A stretch of 64,000 nt of DNA from Sarea resinae (taxonomy: Eukaryota). Shown piece after piece: positions 14,030-26,777 of the stretch. How positions within the stretch are numbered: the stretch's first letter is position 1; the number at the start of each line of letters is the position of its first letter. The notes beneath the pieces were generated by a model, which saw only the letters and a program-made list of their open reading frames with translations, had not been told where the DNA came from and made no database searches. The stretch spans positions 1 through 64,000 of the forward strand of contig JAPEUD010000023.1 in NCBI GenBank assembly GCA_026026165.1. The letters are read 5' to 3'. The position numbers were made by a program, and so were the translations under genes.

Positions 14030-14821
14030 TATCTAACACCTCCTATAGGTGTTAGAAACCTCTTATAGGTGTTGAATACTCTCTATAGGTGTTGAACACC
14101 CTCTATAGGTGTTGAGACAGTGTTGTAACAGTGTTAAAAATAATAGTAGGTGTTAAGACCTAGTAGTAAATGTAACTATAGGTGGTGTCAACACTTTCTA
14201 TAGGTGTTGTAACAGTGTCAACACCTTCTATAGGTGTTAGAAACCCCTTGTAGGTGTTGACATAGTGTTAAAACTAATAGTAGGTGTTATAGTAGTAGTA
14301 GATATTTCTTAAAGATAAGCAAATATTCACTGAGACATTCAACGATTTTTGCAAACATTATGTAAGCTTATATAATCATGACTTTTTTATCAAACGTCTC
14401 AGTGAATTTAGGTGGTTCTAAATCTCAATAACATTTGAAAATCTCTATGTCAAAATAATATTATGGTTTTAGTAGGCTATATACTACTAGAGGGCTAGAT
14501 TTTCTAACAAGTCATATAGCCTAGCTAATGTAACATCAATAAGTTGATTGTGTAATGCTCCTAGGATTGATTCCTACTGTACTCAATTAACTTTTTTTTG
14601 CCTGATTTTTCTATAGGTGTTAAAAAGTCAAGTGGTTTCAAGCAGTGTCAACACCTCAGAGGTGTTTAACACCTATAGGTGTTAGTAACCGTGTTGAAAA
14701 TCAACACCATTGTAGTACTGTCTCACAATTTCTATAGGTGTTAACACCTATAGTAGTAATATCACAGTTTTCAACACAGTTTCAACATGGTTTCAACATG
14801 GTTTCAAAATTACCTGATGTG
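14030..14821. repeat. Second palindrome-rich array (CTATAGGTGTTRA units), probable transposon terminus ending ...CCTGATGTG
   Basis: ~21-bp units with CTATAGGTGTT. Perfect 18-bp palindrome TAACACCTATAGGTGTTA at 14667-14684. 12-bp inverted repeat at 14325-14336/14396-14407. Confidence 0.65.
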
Positions 14822-14829
14822 GCACTAAG

Positions 14830-15255
14830 GTATATAACTCCTATGTTATAGAAGTTCTATAGATGTCTAGGAGATTCTATAGCCTTCTAGACAGTTCTAG
14901 AATATTCTAAAAGGTCTTAGAAGGTTCTAGATACTAAGTCAGCATGCTATAATACTTAGTTAGCATAGCTATAGAATCTTCTAGGATGTTTTATAAGATT
15001 CTATAGGGTTCTACTACTTTCTATTAGCTTCTATAGGTGTGTAGAAGCTTCTAAATATGTCTATACTGTCTTGTAATAGTCTGTAACAGTCTAGATACTT
15101 AAGAGTGACTAGAATTAAGGTTATAATTCTAACAAAACCTAGTTTACTATAGTAATAGGATATACTCTTTAGGCACTAGGGTATTAGGAACTTCTAGTAA
15201 TAAGTGATTACATAGGTGATTTGTAATCAATAGACTAACAATAATATATACATTA
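14830..15255 (-). mobile_element. Inverted partial copies of the 13404-13934 LTR family, nested
   Basis: The reverse complement of 14830-15134 aligns with 13404-~13700. The reverse complement of 15185-15255 aligns with ~13733-13800. Confidence 0.8.
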
Positions 15256-16194
15256 GCAAAAAAGAGGATCTGCTCCTAGAACCTCTAGAAGACTAGGATA
15301 CTAGCTTCTAAAGCCTATAAGAGTTTTAGCCTCTTATAGAGTTGCTTAGTAGGTATTCTATTAAGTATATACTAAGCTTCTAGTAGCATCTAATAGCTAT
15401 AGAAGCCTATAATATAAAGAGATATACTACAGTAGGTATATATTCTAGTAACTAGTTTATACTAGTAGTGCAATATATAAACTTAGCACTTATAAGTAGA
15501 CTAAGGTAGTTCTAGTGTGCTTAGCCTATATAGCTACCTTAAAGTAGACTATAGGCTAGGTGCTAGCTAGTTATAGAGTGGATTTTTATGATTTTTTTAT
15601 AAATTCCTATTTAGAAAGTCTTAGCATTAATACCTATAGCACTAGAGCAACTTTTGCTTAGGTTTCTATTAAATCTTTGCTTATGTAAGCAATTTAGCGA
15701 ATTATTATAAAGTATTACTATATAATCTATAGCATTATAAAGCTATATAGTACCTAGTAGTATTATAAAAAATTTAACCTCTTAGAGTAATCTATTACTA
15801 GGTAGCTAGGTAGGTACTAAGTAAAGATATTCTCTATAAATTAGTATTATTTTTTTCTTAATCTTAAGATTCCTAAGTTATTTATTACTTACTACTACTA
15901 CTTTAGACTATTCTATTCTTTAATAGTACCTTTCTCTACCTTAATATCTTTATTGTTTTTTGATATATAGAGTACTATTAGTAGATAGCTCTAGAGATAT
16001 ATCTAGAAATAGTCTTAAACTAATATATAATATTATACTGTAAGAAAGTTTGCTTGCCTACCTGAATTAATACTAATAGAGTATAATATTTCAATAATTT
16101 ATAAATAAGATTAACTAAAGTACTCTAATCTACTAGTATAGCTAACAAGTGTTAATCTAATAAAAAACAATAAAGTTATTATGACTAAGCTCGA

Positions 16195-19100
16195 TCAATC
16201 TTGCTGCCACTTGCCGAAATGTCGATAGTCTTCATAAAGTCTTCTGAAGATTGCCCTGCTCGATGCATCCATTGAAGCATTCAGCGCTCGCAAAGCATCC
16301 GGGGTCACGACATCCAAGACAGCGTACAGCCCAGGGGTTAATGCATCTTTGCTGTCCGGAGGTAATCGACCATCCAACTGGCACCGCGTATACTCCATGA
16401 GTATGTACGGCAAATATCGACCAGCGGCCATACGAGCTTTCTTCGTCTCGTCGTTGAGTTCTTGATTGGAGCGCCTATGAGGATCGGCGACGGACGACAC
16501 AGTCGGATCGCAGAGGCTGCAGAGGAGGCGTGAGTATGCTGTAGCGTGAGTCGCAACCAATGTCGAGGAGCTGCTGGCCAGCCATGGAGGAGCCGAACAT
16601 GAAGGAGGTTTAGTGCGTCGCACGCTATCTGCAACGAAGAGGCATCGAAGAAGACTTTGGAGTAAAGCAGTGACTAGATGAAATCGGCCTCCGAGCTTGG
16701 TTCGCCGTACTGCAAGAATAGCACCCAACAAGTCGCATAATGAGAGGAACGTTGAGCCAGAAGTATGGGCTTCAAGTTGGGGTCCAGAGGTCGAAGCTGC
16801 AACCAGAAGTGAATCAAGCATGCAATCGATATCCCACTGAGTCATGGGCCACGACTAGTCTGTGTTAGCACAAGCATGACACGAAAAAGTTGCACCGTTT
16901 TCAAATTTGGGGCTCACCTTCTCCAAAACCGCGAAGCTCAAGCAATTTGCGATGAGAGACAACTCAAAGAAATTCCTGGCCTTTGGCAAGGCCCTGCATA
17001 TCTTCGAGAATGTTAGAGGAAGTATAGTACGTAGTTGTGGTGAGCGCATTTCCGTGTCTACACTCAATTAGTGTCGTGGTATCTCGTAAGATTCGTTCTG
17101 ACAAGTGGAGCCGCAATGAAAGGAAAGGCTTCTAGCACTTACCGCCAAGGCATCGCAGAAATGTGTTGAGAAGAAGTAACTGACTAGGCCCTGCAACGAC
17201 TTCCGTGGTATTTCCAACGAGGGTGGCCAGAGTAGTCGCCTTGCCGGTCGTGTCAAGAGTTCGTGAAAACCTTTTGAAAGCAATTAAGATCATATGTTCC
17301 TCTGCGGTAGTGAGATCTATCTAACTTAGTACCCCAACCCGAAGTCAAGTGTAAGAGCTCTTACCTTGCTGAAGCAACAAGGACCCTGAAGATATGTAGA
17401 ATGACAAGTCGGTGGTATCCTTGTGGAAAGCCACGACGTCATAGGCCATTACCAGTGACGACAGATTATCCGAACTCTTACGCTGGGGACGAGGACGTCT
17501 GGATCCATCGTCTAAGAAAATGTTTGCATCCAACAGCATCCGTCGTAAAGTACCAATGACTAAACTGTGTATAAGCAACTCGACCAAAACTCCCGTGAAA
17601 GTAGTGTACCAAGGATTTACCTGTATCTATATGTGGTCCCTCACCGGGAAAGGTTGAGATTCCAGCAACTCCTTGTAAGAGAACCCGAAGCTCAGCATTA
17701 GACTCGAAGGGTGGCGTCTGCTCTTGATTCTTCAACAGGGAGTTGAGATCCGGCAGTATCAGAGAATAATACAAGTCAAGCAACAATCTCAGCTCGTCTC
17801 TATCGAGGCTTTCAGGAAGGTCATCTTGATGTTGTGAGAATGTTAGTAGTGAAGCCTTGAAAATACTCATCACGCCGAAGCAGCCTAGGAAAGAACGTTT
17901 GGCACGGATGGATATATGGAGATGCCTGAAATATGCGTCGATGTAATCGCGACTCCTTTTTTGGGTCCGAGTGGAGATTATATGTCTGAATTTATTAACC
18001 TCTTATTGGTACCAAATAGCTTTGATGGACCTACTCGAGATTTTGAGAAACTAATGTTTCTAGTAGAGTAACTATCCGATGATCGTATATACCGCTTTTG
18101 TCGGTAAGCTCAGCCAATGTCCATAGGCAATTAGGCTCAGTTGCCTAGGATAGTTAGAATATAGTTCCGAGTATAGAAAGAAGCAGGTAGTTACCACTCT
18201 AGTCGATGCATTAGGTAACTCCATAAGTCGGACTAAAAGACTCATGTGGCTTGCAAAAAAAGTAACATCTGTGGTTTTGGTCGATTGAAGTCGGTTTTCG
18301 AGCAATGTAGTGACGGCATCAACCACTGCTTTCCTTTCATCTCGCTGGAATATACCAATGGGGAGGTCGAAATAACACCTGATGGAGAAATCACTATCCA
18401 TTTCGCGTCCTTGCAGAGCCGAATCGCAATCTGATTCATTTATAATCCCTTGTAATAGAACGTGAAGTAATGAGTCTGCATAGAATGTTAACAAGCCACA
18501 AACGTTAATTGTAGAATGGACGTAGAATGTACCTACCTCGGATAGAAGACTCCTGCCATAGAGAATCGGTGTCTAAAAATGCTTCCCAGATGTTTCGGAA
18601 GGAAACCCCTGAGATTGGTAACCTCTGATTATGATGGAGGCTATCCTGCCAGTGTGCTATCCGGTATATGTCGAGCATGAAATTTTCACGTTCACGTGGA
18701 AAAAGATGCCTGCCAGACCATTAGTCCGTTACGTCAATATCTCACTGCTATGAAAACTTCAGAACGTACGCTATGATACTAGGAAAACGCAAAAGCGCTA
18801 GAGCCGATCGGAATGTTAATGATCTCTCGGAACATAATGTTTTGATAGAATCTCGAGCTCCAGATAGGTTGAGCAGGACAGCCTCGTGAATGGCGCCCAT
18901 AGATGCTTGTAAAGCTCTTTTCACTCTATCGTTCATTGTGTTCCCTTGAGCAGGGAGAGAGTGCATCAAGCTGCATAGGAACTCGAAAGCCTCTCCTGCA
19001 GTTTGAGCCTTGGCTGGGTAGTTTTCGTCCATGGTGGCCCCTAGAGGCAATTGCGTAATTATCGCCTGAGCGCGGGCTATCGCCAATTGCAACCTCTGGA

Positions 19101-21519
19101 ACTTCAAATCAGTCGGATCAGTACGACCAACGTATTGATCCGTCTGCAAACCCATGCGAACTAAATGTCCATGGATCTGAGTAAGAATTTTCCATAATCG
19201 CCACTGCTGGACAGACAAAGTCTCTGAGTGGGTAGCAATTATCTCCAAAACAGTATTATATACTGGAAATATCGAGCCTCGGAGAGCTTCGACTGCTTCT
19301 TCTTGTTCGATCGAGTCTATGGTTATGTTGAGCAACGCTAGGCTTGCCCTAGTTGTTCCAAGATGGTCGGTGTTAGCAGTTTTAGTAGACTCAATCTCGA
19401 GGTCTGAAAGCAACGAAGCGAGCAAATGAACCATTTGAGTCATCGTGAGCGAGGTCTGTAAGAGGCGCCTGCAATGGGAAAGGAGATCCGAATCCTCCCA
19501 GATGCTCGAGGTATTGTATGCGAATGGCGGTCGACCTTGCCAGGGTTCACAACGACTCTTCTCGAAGCGGCTCAATTCCATCTTCCAGTCATTGATGAAT
19601 GAATCTAAATTCCGCGAGAGAGCAGATTCCCGTAGGAGGAGTGGAATAATTTCCCTTTTAATGATCTCGTAGTGCTCTGATAGAGAACCATTCTCCACGT
19701 ACGCGCTAGCGGTGATTCTTTCGAGCAACGTCTCGAGGAAGACTGCACCTTGCTTTGATTCATCTTTTGCCAAGAACAACACAGACGAATCTAGCTTCAA
19801 TATGCTTGATATCATGGCCCAGTGAACAGTTCCCTGCTTCCTCTGAATCAATCCCGAGAAATCCAGAATCTTCGTCAGGAATGATTGACTGAAGATAACG
19901 TTCCTTTCAAGAGCTATTTTAAGCATATGCTCTAAGATATTCCGAGTATCATAAGGTAGCTCCAGCGGAGCGCTTGCGGACATCGGAATAGCCACACTTT
20001 GAGCGAGAGCGGTGAAAAATGCCTCCAGGAAAGGCTTTTCAACAACGCGTCCCTGATTCTTGTCGTCTGGAATGCATCTGATGGCTAGCTCAAAAAGAAT
20101 TGGGATGGCTTGATATATCGCAGATAGCCTCCAGGATTCGCCCGTAGAGAGGGAAGTCTTGCTGCTCAAAGAAAGCACTTCTCTACGTAAAGGGTCTAGA
20201 CAATCTGCTAGCTGATGTATACTGGGTGGCTCTTTCAAATTCAGCCCACCACCTCGGTTTGCGATTGTTACACGAGAGGAAACAGATGTTTTTGACCTCG
20301 CCGGAATGAGCACATGCTGAGCAATAAGCTGCTCAAGAGAGCAAATCAGCTCTTCCACCGCGGGAGACAGCTTCGGCATACTGCGCCATCTGCACAGCAC
20401 TGTCGCGACAGGTACCAAGCAATGAGCCGAGAACATGACCTGATTTCTAGATAAGTTACTTGCATGGCTAGGTCCAGCGGAGATTCTTACATTGCTCTGA
20501 TGCCCAGCGACGTCATCCGCCCCAATGGATCGAGCATGCCATATGCTAACGATTGCCATTATCCCCGCGAGACGGTTCAGACTCTCGTCCTCTGAGACTT
20601 GTTTGAAGGGCTGATCAAGGAGAGCGCCCGTGGCACGGAGGGCGTTGCCAAGGACTTGCGCGGCAAGATCAGGGGAGGTCCTGAGTGTTGCCTTCATATA
20701 TTGGCAGGAGAAGTCGTCGGCCTCACCAGAGTGACACAGCTCATCGATGATTTGTACAGCTCGGACTATCGAGAGAAGAATTGCATCTTCGCCGGTTACT
20801 TTTCGCGATACAGCTTCCCGAGATGAATGAACCGCAATAAGAGTCCCTGATCTTTTCCTTTTTCTAGGGACTCCGTTCGGAGGGCTCATCGAACTCGTTC
20901 TCATTGTTGCGCTTGTCTCAGAAGTATTGGTGCTAGAACAGGCTTCCGCCGACTGATTCAAAGAGTTCGAAATAGCTACAGCATCAGCACGAGCGGACGC
21001 AGCCGAGACAGTCAGACGGAAAGATTCATTGAGAATTTGCATGAAACTATGAGCGCTCAGGAGCCGGGCCACTTTCGATAGAGGTATTAGTGGTAGGAGT
21101 GACCCTAAGAGAACCCATGCTCGCGGCTCGCACTTTGGACTGCATCCTGGGTGTAAGTAGCGTGCGTGCTAGACACAGGGAGGAAGAAAAAACCTGGAGC
21201 GCGACTCGTCTGGCGTCTGTAATTTGCTCAGCAGCCACCGCAGAACCCATTCTTCCCTTCCAGTGAACGATATGGGTTCAGCAGAGCGGACACCATGAGG
21301 GACATTTTGAAGCGGGTAGCCGACATCGACGTTGATTCCTAGGATTCGTGAGGCTTTGTCAATCTGATCGGCGAAGGTTTCATGGCTTTTATCTAAGTCA
21401 ATGAGATCCTTCTGACAAGCATTATGTGTTCGAAAGTCCTGTACACCCAACAATGTTAACGAATGGATTGTCAATACAATTCAACTGATTTTGGGACTCA
21501 CTATCGAAGCAGTTGCCAT
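16195..21519 (-). CDS. URB2: Nucleolar pre-ribosomal-associated protein Urb2/Npa2 (about 11 exons)
   Basis: The C-terminal exon has Urb2-domain features (GRFHLV...LLRCLF, LTPGLYAVLD, RAIFRRLYEDYRHFGKW). The N-terminus has REEWVLRWLLSKL. I could link the ORF-track pieces in frame through GT-AG introns from ATG 21519. Confidence 0.88.
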
Positions 21520-22138
21520 AGTAGGCGCAGTTCAATTGTGTCGCGCCAGAGGACCGGACACGCAATTGGAAGTTGACGGGCACGTTTGATACCGGTACCT
21601 GAAGCTCCTTGAAATAAATTCCGAACGGAACGTCATAGGTAGTGGAAGTTGATTGGCTGTACTGGGGAGTATGCGCGCGGATCGCAACGAACCCTTTGCG
21701 AGTAGTACTACCTAAGGTACCTAAGTATCTCCAGCTAGGTACCTACCTCCAAGGCTACCTAGCTACATTAATCAACCAGGCAACAACAGAAGTACTTTTC
21801 ACTTGGCCCTTGCTTGATTCGGCTACTGTAGATACCTATAGCAGGTAGATATGTACTCTCCAGTACATGCAAGTAGACGGTATACGGTAGCCCGGTGATT
21901 GAGGCATTACGGCCATCCGGACCTCCGTATCCACACGACCATTAGAGCGAGCGAACAGTAGAGACTCTGGACGTCAATAAGTCATAATCAAGCCAAAACA
22001 ACTTTTCTCCAAAAGTTATCACGATCGTCATCAAGGCTTCCCCGGCCGACAGATACCGAGGTCAGCAATAGCTCCAATTGGTTTCTCTGCTATCAGCCAG
22101 CTAACGAATTTCCACTGTTCCAATAGATCGTTCACAAC

Positions 22139-22600
22139 ATGTCTTCAACGCCTACCAACCCACCCTCGCCGGTTGCGCGGTCGAATAAGCCTGTCAGTGA
22201 AGCCCTCTTGAACGAGAAGGTAAGCCTAGTCTCAATCTTGTCTATGCGGTTCGAGTATATGTGGTATCGGTTGCTGCATATCGGCTGAGTGGCGAATTGC
22301 GAATCGCGAATCGACGGGGCGGATCGATCATGTCTACTTTTTTGTTCCAACCTGTGCGCCATAGCAGCTAATCATGCCTTCCCCTCGCAGTGGGACCAAT
22401 GCATATCGTCTCTTCTCATACGCTCGACACTCGGTCTGTCATTTGGTGTCGTTTTCTCCGTACTTCTCTTCAAACGAAGAGCATGGCCTGCTTTCGTGGG
22501 ACTGGGATTTGGAGCCGGCAGGGCATGGGAGCAATGCGATACGGCCTTCAAACACTCAGCGGCGACGGGAAAGGAAGGCCTACGTGTGGTACGGCCATGA
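22139..22600 (+). CDS. MIC10: MICOS complex subunit Mic10
   Basis: Exons 22139-22219 and 22391-22600: ...SEALLNEK|WDQCISSLLIRSTLGLSFGVVFSVLLFKRRAWPAFVGLGFGAGRAW, with two GxGxG helices around KRR. Probable 5'UTR intron at 22061-22126. Confidence 0.93.
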
Positions 22601-24792
22601 GGAAAGAGGTAGAAGCTAGGATATTTTGGGGCACATAGGGAAACCACGGTCGCCGTGAGAGTGCGCGATACGGGCCGTGGAAGCTCGGGATAAGATGTGA
22701 GATAGCAATGGTCAATGCCTTATTCGACACTCCCAACTGTGAGTTTATCAAGGATTGATTTGTCTGGATTTATCGGCTCTTTCGACTCTATTCAGTGTGT
22801 GACCTGTATGTGATGCCAGACTTGGTGTAACCTTACGAGAGTTCCTGTTCAGATGAATGACCCAGAACATCGCTTTCCCAGGGAGAATTTTCCTATTTCC
22901 ACGAGAATTCTAGATCCTTCATAGTGGTATTGAGATTACATCGTCGAGGTCTCATCCATTCCTGCCGACTGTTCCCTTGCCGAACATCTAAAATGTCTGA
23001 TCTTCAGCAATCCTTCAAAAAAGGGAAATGCATGACTGAGCGTCAGTTTGTTCCAGCGATGCGTTATATTCTTCAGAACATGATTCTACAAGACATTCTC
23101 TCGGCCACTACCTTAAGTAGGAGGTACTAACCTCAGTCTGCGAAATGACGTCTTCTGTGAGTAGCTTAGCTTTCTTGAATAAGTCTCTTCTAATTTGGGA
23201 TGTTGGGAGCTTGCCCAGGTGATCATGTCTCGCTCATAGATTCTCACGTCAATGAGCGGTACGTGCAGAGAAGGTTGCCACAACCCTTTGCACTTGACCA
23301 TGTCTCCCACCATTGGCCTTAGGATCTGAAGTCTCTGCTCAAGAGGTTCAGTGGCGCGGGGAAGTGAGAAGTACATTTTTCATAGCGGGAGATATCCCAT
23401 GCATCAGTTTCTTCTTGTGTGAACAAGGAGACAAAGATTCTCTTAGGTCTAGACAAAGTAGTATCGGTGAAATAGGCTTGCAGGCCACGCACAAGCTCAT
23501 CCTCTTTGCGTCCAAGCTAATTCTCTGGATATCTCTCCTGCATTTGTGAGAACAAGATCCTCGAGCATATCCGCGGTTTTGACGAGTCTTATCAGCCCTA
23601 CTAAGGTATCCGGGGAACAGGTCTCTAGTTCATATTGATGGCGATATCCAATTTGCGTAAACACGATATGGTACCTGCCATTTCGTCACCTGCTATAGCC
23701 CGGATACAGGGCGTCGTGAATATCAAAATCATTGCCTTCCAGGTTGACACCAGAACGAAAGGCCGAATGCACTTGCACAATGATCTCAGTCTTTCGTTGG
23801 ACTTGTCTGGTACAGTGATTAAGCTCGAGATCGGCCTTATGCAGTTGTTTAGATACTGTTCGTTGTCGTACCAATTTCCATCCGGGTCGCCATCTTAAGC
23901 TACAGTAGAGGGGAGGGGAGAGACGTGCATCGCGAGGGAGGGACTACGTCGATAACCACGCGCTGAAGACTGGGGGGGTTGGCGGCAGCAAAGGCAAGGT
24001 TATTAGTTGTTGTGAAGCGTATTTCCTGGTAGCTCGGTTTGTCCGACGAGCAGACGTGGTGGTAGAAAGAGCCCCTTAATCCTCTGCATTGTTGAAGTCC
24101 TTATAATTGAAATGATCACTGTTAAGTGACCTCCAGGACTCTTGCAAAGAAACGAAAGGCTGCAAGACAAATTTATGGTAGACTGATTTCTTCATACAGA
24201 CAGACCCCGGAACTTGCTTAGATTTCTCCGAAGTGAGGAGACCCCGCATGTAATAAATAAGGTGCAGTGATCCGGGAAATTAAGTCGGACACAGAAGAGT
24301 GCTTTAAGGTCTTGGGAGATCAGACCCGATATGACTATCGATGACTGTTTTTGGCAACCTGTTCAAGTCTCAGAAGTAACTCGTATAGCAACAATTAGAC
24401 TCGCCTCCTTATGAAGATGGGCCTGTAGAGATAGTCTGAAGACCACTTATATTGGCCGCAATGTAAAAAATCCCATCTTCACATATGCGCTCCTTATGAG
24501 TCGCGGCTGAATGTAAGGTAGAACGATATCGAGATTCGGAGTACGAAGTAGAGTACCTTACCTAGTAGGTAGTGGTACTGTGATCAGGTTCGCAGTACCG
24601 TACCCCGCGCTCACCCCACACGCCCGTGTTTACCACCTACCTTAGGTAGGCACTCGGCAGGGGAGTTTAATTTAGAACCAGCCAAAGTTGCTGTGACTAC
24701 ATCACGGAGAAGTACCCTGTGACAGCGAGTCAACTTCACGTTGGCCGTCTTTGTTCTTGGAATCTTCAGGACTCATCCCGAGGAGTCGGAAA

Positions 24793-25694
24793 ATGTCTAT
24801 TCCATTGACCAAGCTCGGTGGCCATGGTGAGTCTCAGTAAAACTTCACTGACAGTGTTTAGTCTATCGTAATTATCTATGATATTCGTGCTGACGCCTGC
24901 CTTTCCAGCCTTCAACCACAACCAAAGTCACGACGCAGAAGCGGAATATGATCGCTTGAGAGATTCAGCGCGCCGGGAGCATGACCTGCGCTCTTCTTGT
25001 TTCACTAAGGTTGCTAAACCCACTTCTAGGTTCAATCTACAAGGCATTTGAGGCTGATTTCTATAGGCGCATCAAGCCCACGAGCGCGGCGATGGCCAGG
25101 CTGCACATGAACTTTCCGAAGAGGGCAGAAGGCATGCGCAGTTGATGAAACAATACAATAAGCAGGCTTCTGACTTCATTTTTCGGGAGAACAATGCTGT
25201 GGGTAGAGTAGACAGTGACACAATTGATCTCCATGGGCAATTCGTAGAAGAGGCTGAAGACATTCTCGAGCAACGCATCAAGTATGCCCAGTCGTCTGGA
25301 CAAACTCACCTCCATGTGTAAGTCTGTGATATGTGCGCCTTATTGGGTCCTGAAGCTAAAGATGTACAGAATCGTGGGAAGGGGAAACCATAGCGTCGCT
25401 CACATACAGAAGTTGAAGCCTCGGGTTGAGCAAATCTGTCAGCAACTCGGTCTCCAATACCAGACTGAGGAGAATTCCGGCAGGATTTATATTAATCTTA
25501 AGGGAGGGCCTCCATACTCTGGCCATGCCCCCTCAGAGAACCAGGGTCACCAGCAGCATGCCCCACACAATGGACCGAACGGTTATCCGGGCCAACAAGC
25601 GCCGCATGATCAGAATGACGAGATTGAGCAAGTCGTGCGCAAAGTCTTGCCAAAGATCTTTCGCAAGCTCGAAGGTTGCTGTGTGGTCATGTGA
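24793..25694 (+). CDS. DUF1771 + Smr-domain protein with C-terminal CaaX (GCCVVM)
   Basis: Exons 24793-24826, 24909-25009, 25067-25317 and 25369-25694. Motifs AEAEYDRLR, IFRENN, IDLHGQFVEEA, IVGRGNHS and NSGRIYI. Confidence 0.88.
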
Positions 25695-26777
25695 GCACCC
25701 AGCAGTGAACATTCTGGGAACACCAGTGGTGACTGCAACCTACTCAACTCTTTCGCCATACCCGAGCCGACAACATCCCCAAGCGTCCAGCGCGCTATTG
25801 AAGACACAGCTCTTTGCAGGACGAAGTCGAAGTCGAATCCTTGAATTTTCGGAAGCGGTGAACCATAAGGAAATAGGGCGCTCATCTACGGCCTTCATAA
25901 TCCTCCCGCGGAATACTTCCGATTCATGTTCTAAGCCGAATCGTCACTCCATCGTCATCGATAATTGGTGTCTTTGCGCGGCTAGTCTGCCATAATCGTC
26001 ACATTTCAATAACGAACCCGATGTTCAGACTATCATGCCAGCTCTACAAGCCTCATAGTAAGAGTTCATGTTATTTAGTCAAATGTCCGCCATATTTTAG
26101 TGTGTATGAAAACCATTTCATATAACATCTCTTTGTCAGAGCCATCCTACAGAAGGATTTATAGTCGTCTCTGTCCAAAGGAGTTGGTCAACTATCTTTG
26201 GTTTTCAACACATTTGATGGCGGTCCAGCTTCTTGGAGACGGCAAGCAAGGGATTCAGATACAGAGATATTCAGGCCTTCGAGCTTAGGATAGAGATACC
26301 CTCATACGACCACCATAGTGATTCTGGCGAAGTGAGGAGGAACGAGCGTGCCTCTATTACAAAATATGTAGGGAAAGGACGAATCACAGACTCGACAAGA
26401 ATAGATATCCATGCCTATTAAATTGCTACTTGCCAAGGAACTTCGGAAAAAAAACACAGTTGTCCCCCCCCCCCCCCAACCAAAACTACGGAAGAAAGAC
26501 CCGAAAATTCCATGCAGTGCATTGAGAGCGAAGCGCAGGTCGAAGGAGCCATGGACGGAGAGGATCATCACACGTCGGTGCTGAGGCCGTATCGATTCTT
26601 TCGCAAAGATACAGCTCAGGTTGATACGCTCTTCTTGTGGCAGTGAATCCTAGTCATACACATCGGCGTACAGTAACATTTCGCCCCTATCAAATCTCCA
26701 ATACCTAACTCCGTCGCTCAAACCAATGAAAATGCCTTGCCCCAAACCTTTATAAACCCACCCTCCCCTCCCCTCCC

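Larger units (their letters stand above)
1..16190. repeat. AT-rich, RIP-mutated block of nested transposon relics (probable heterochromatin)
   Basis: Strong excess of TA/TAG/CTA and depletion of CA/TG by eye. The ORF track lists nothing before 16195. Recognisable retroelement motifs carry TAG/TAA where TGG/CAG/CAA is expected. Confidence 0.95.

Noticed and set aside
12110..14821. Palindromic repeat arrays as a CRISPR array
   Set aside because: The context is eukaryotic, the spacers are themselves repetitive and irregular, and there are no cas genes.
1..16190. Centromere or telomere assignment for the AT-rich block
   Set aside because: There are no TTAGGG arrays, and centromere identity cannot be read from sequence alone.
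16195..21519. Fragmented URB2 ORFs as a pseudogene or as A-to-I-edited premature stops
   Set aside because: All fragments join in frame through canonical GT-AG introns, so no internal stop is required.
22220..22390. MIC10 171-nt intron as a snoRNA host
   Set aside because: No ordered C/D or H/ACA boxes were found; only a short GCGAAT repeat is present.
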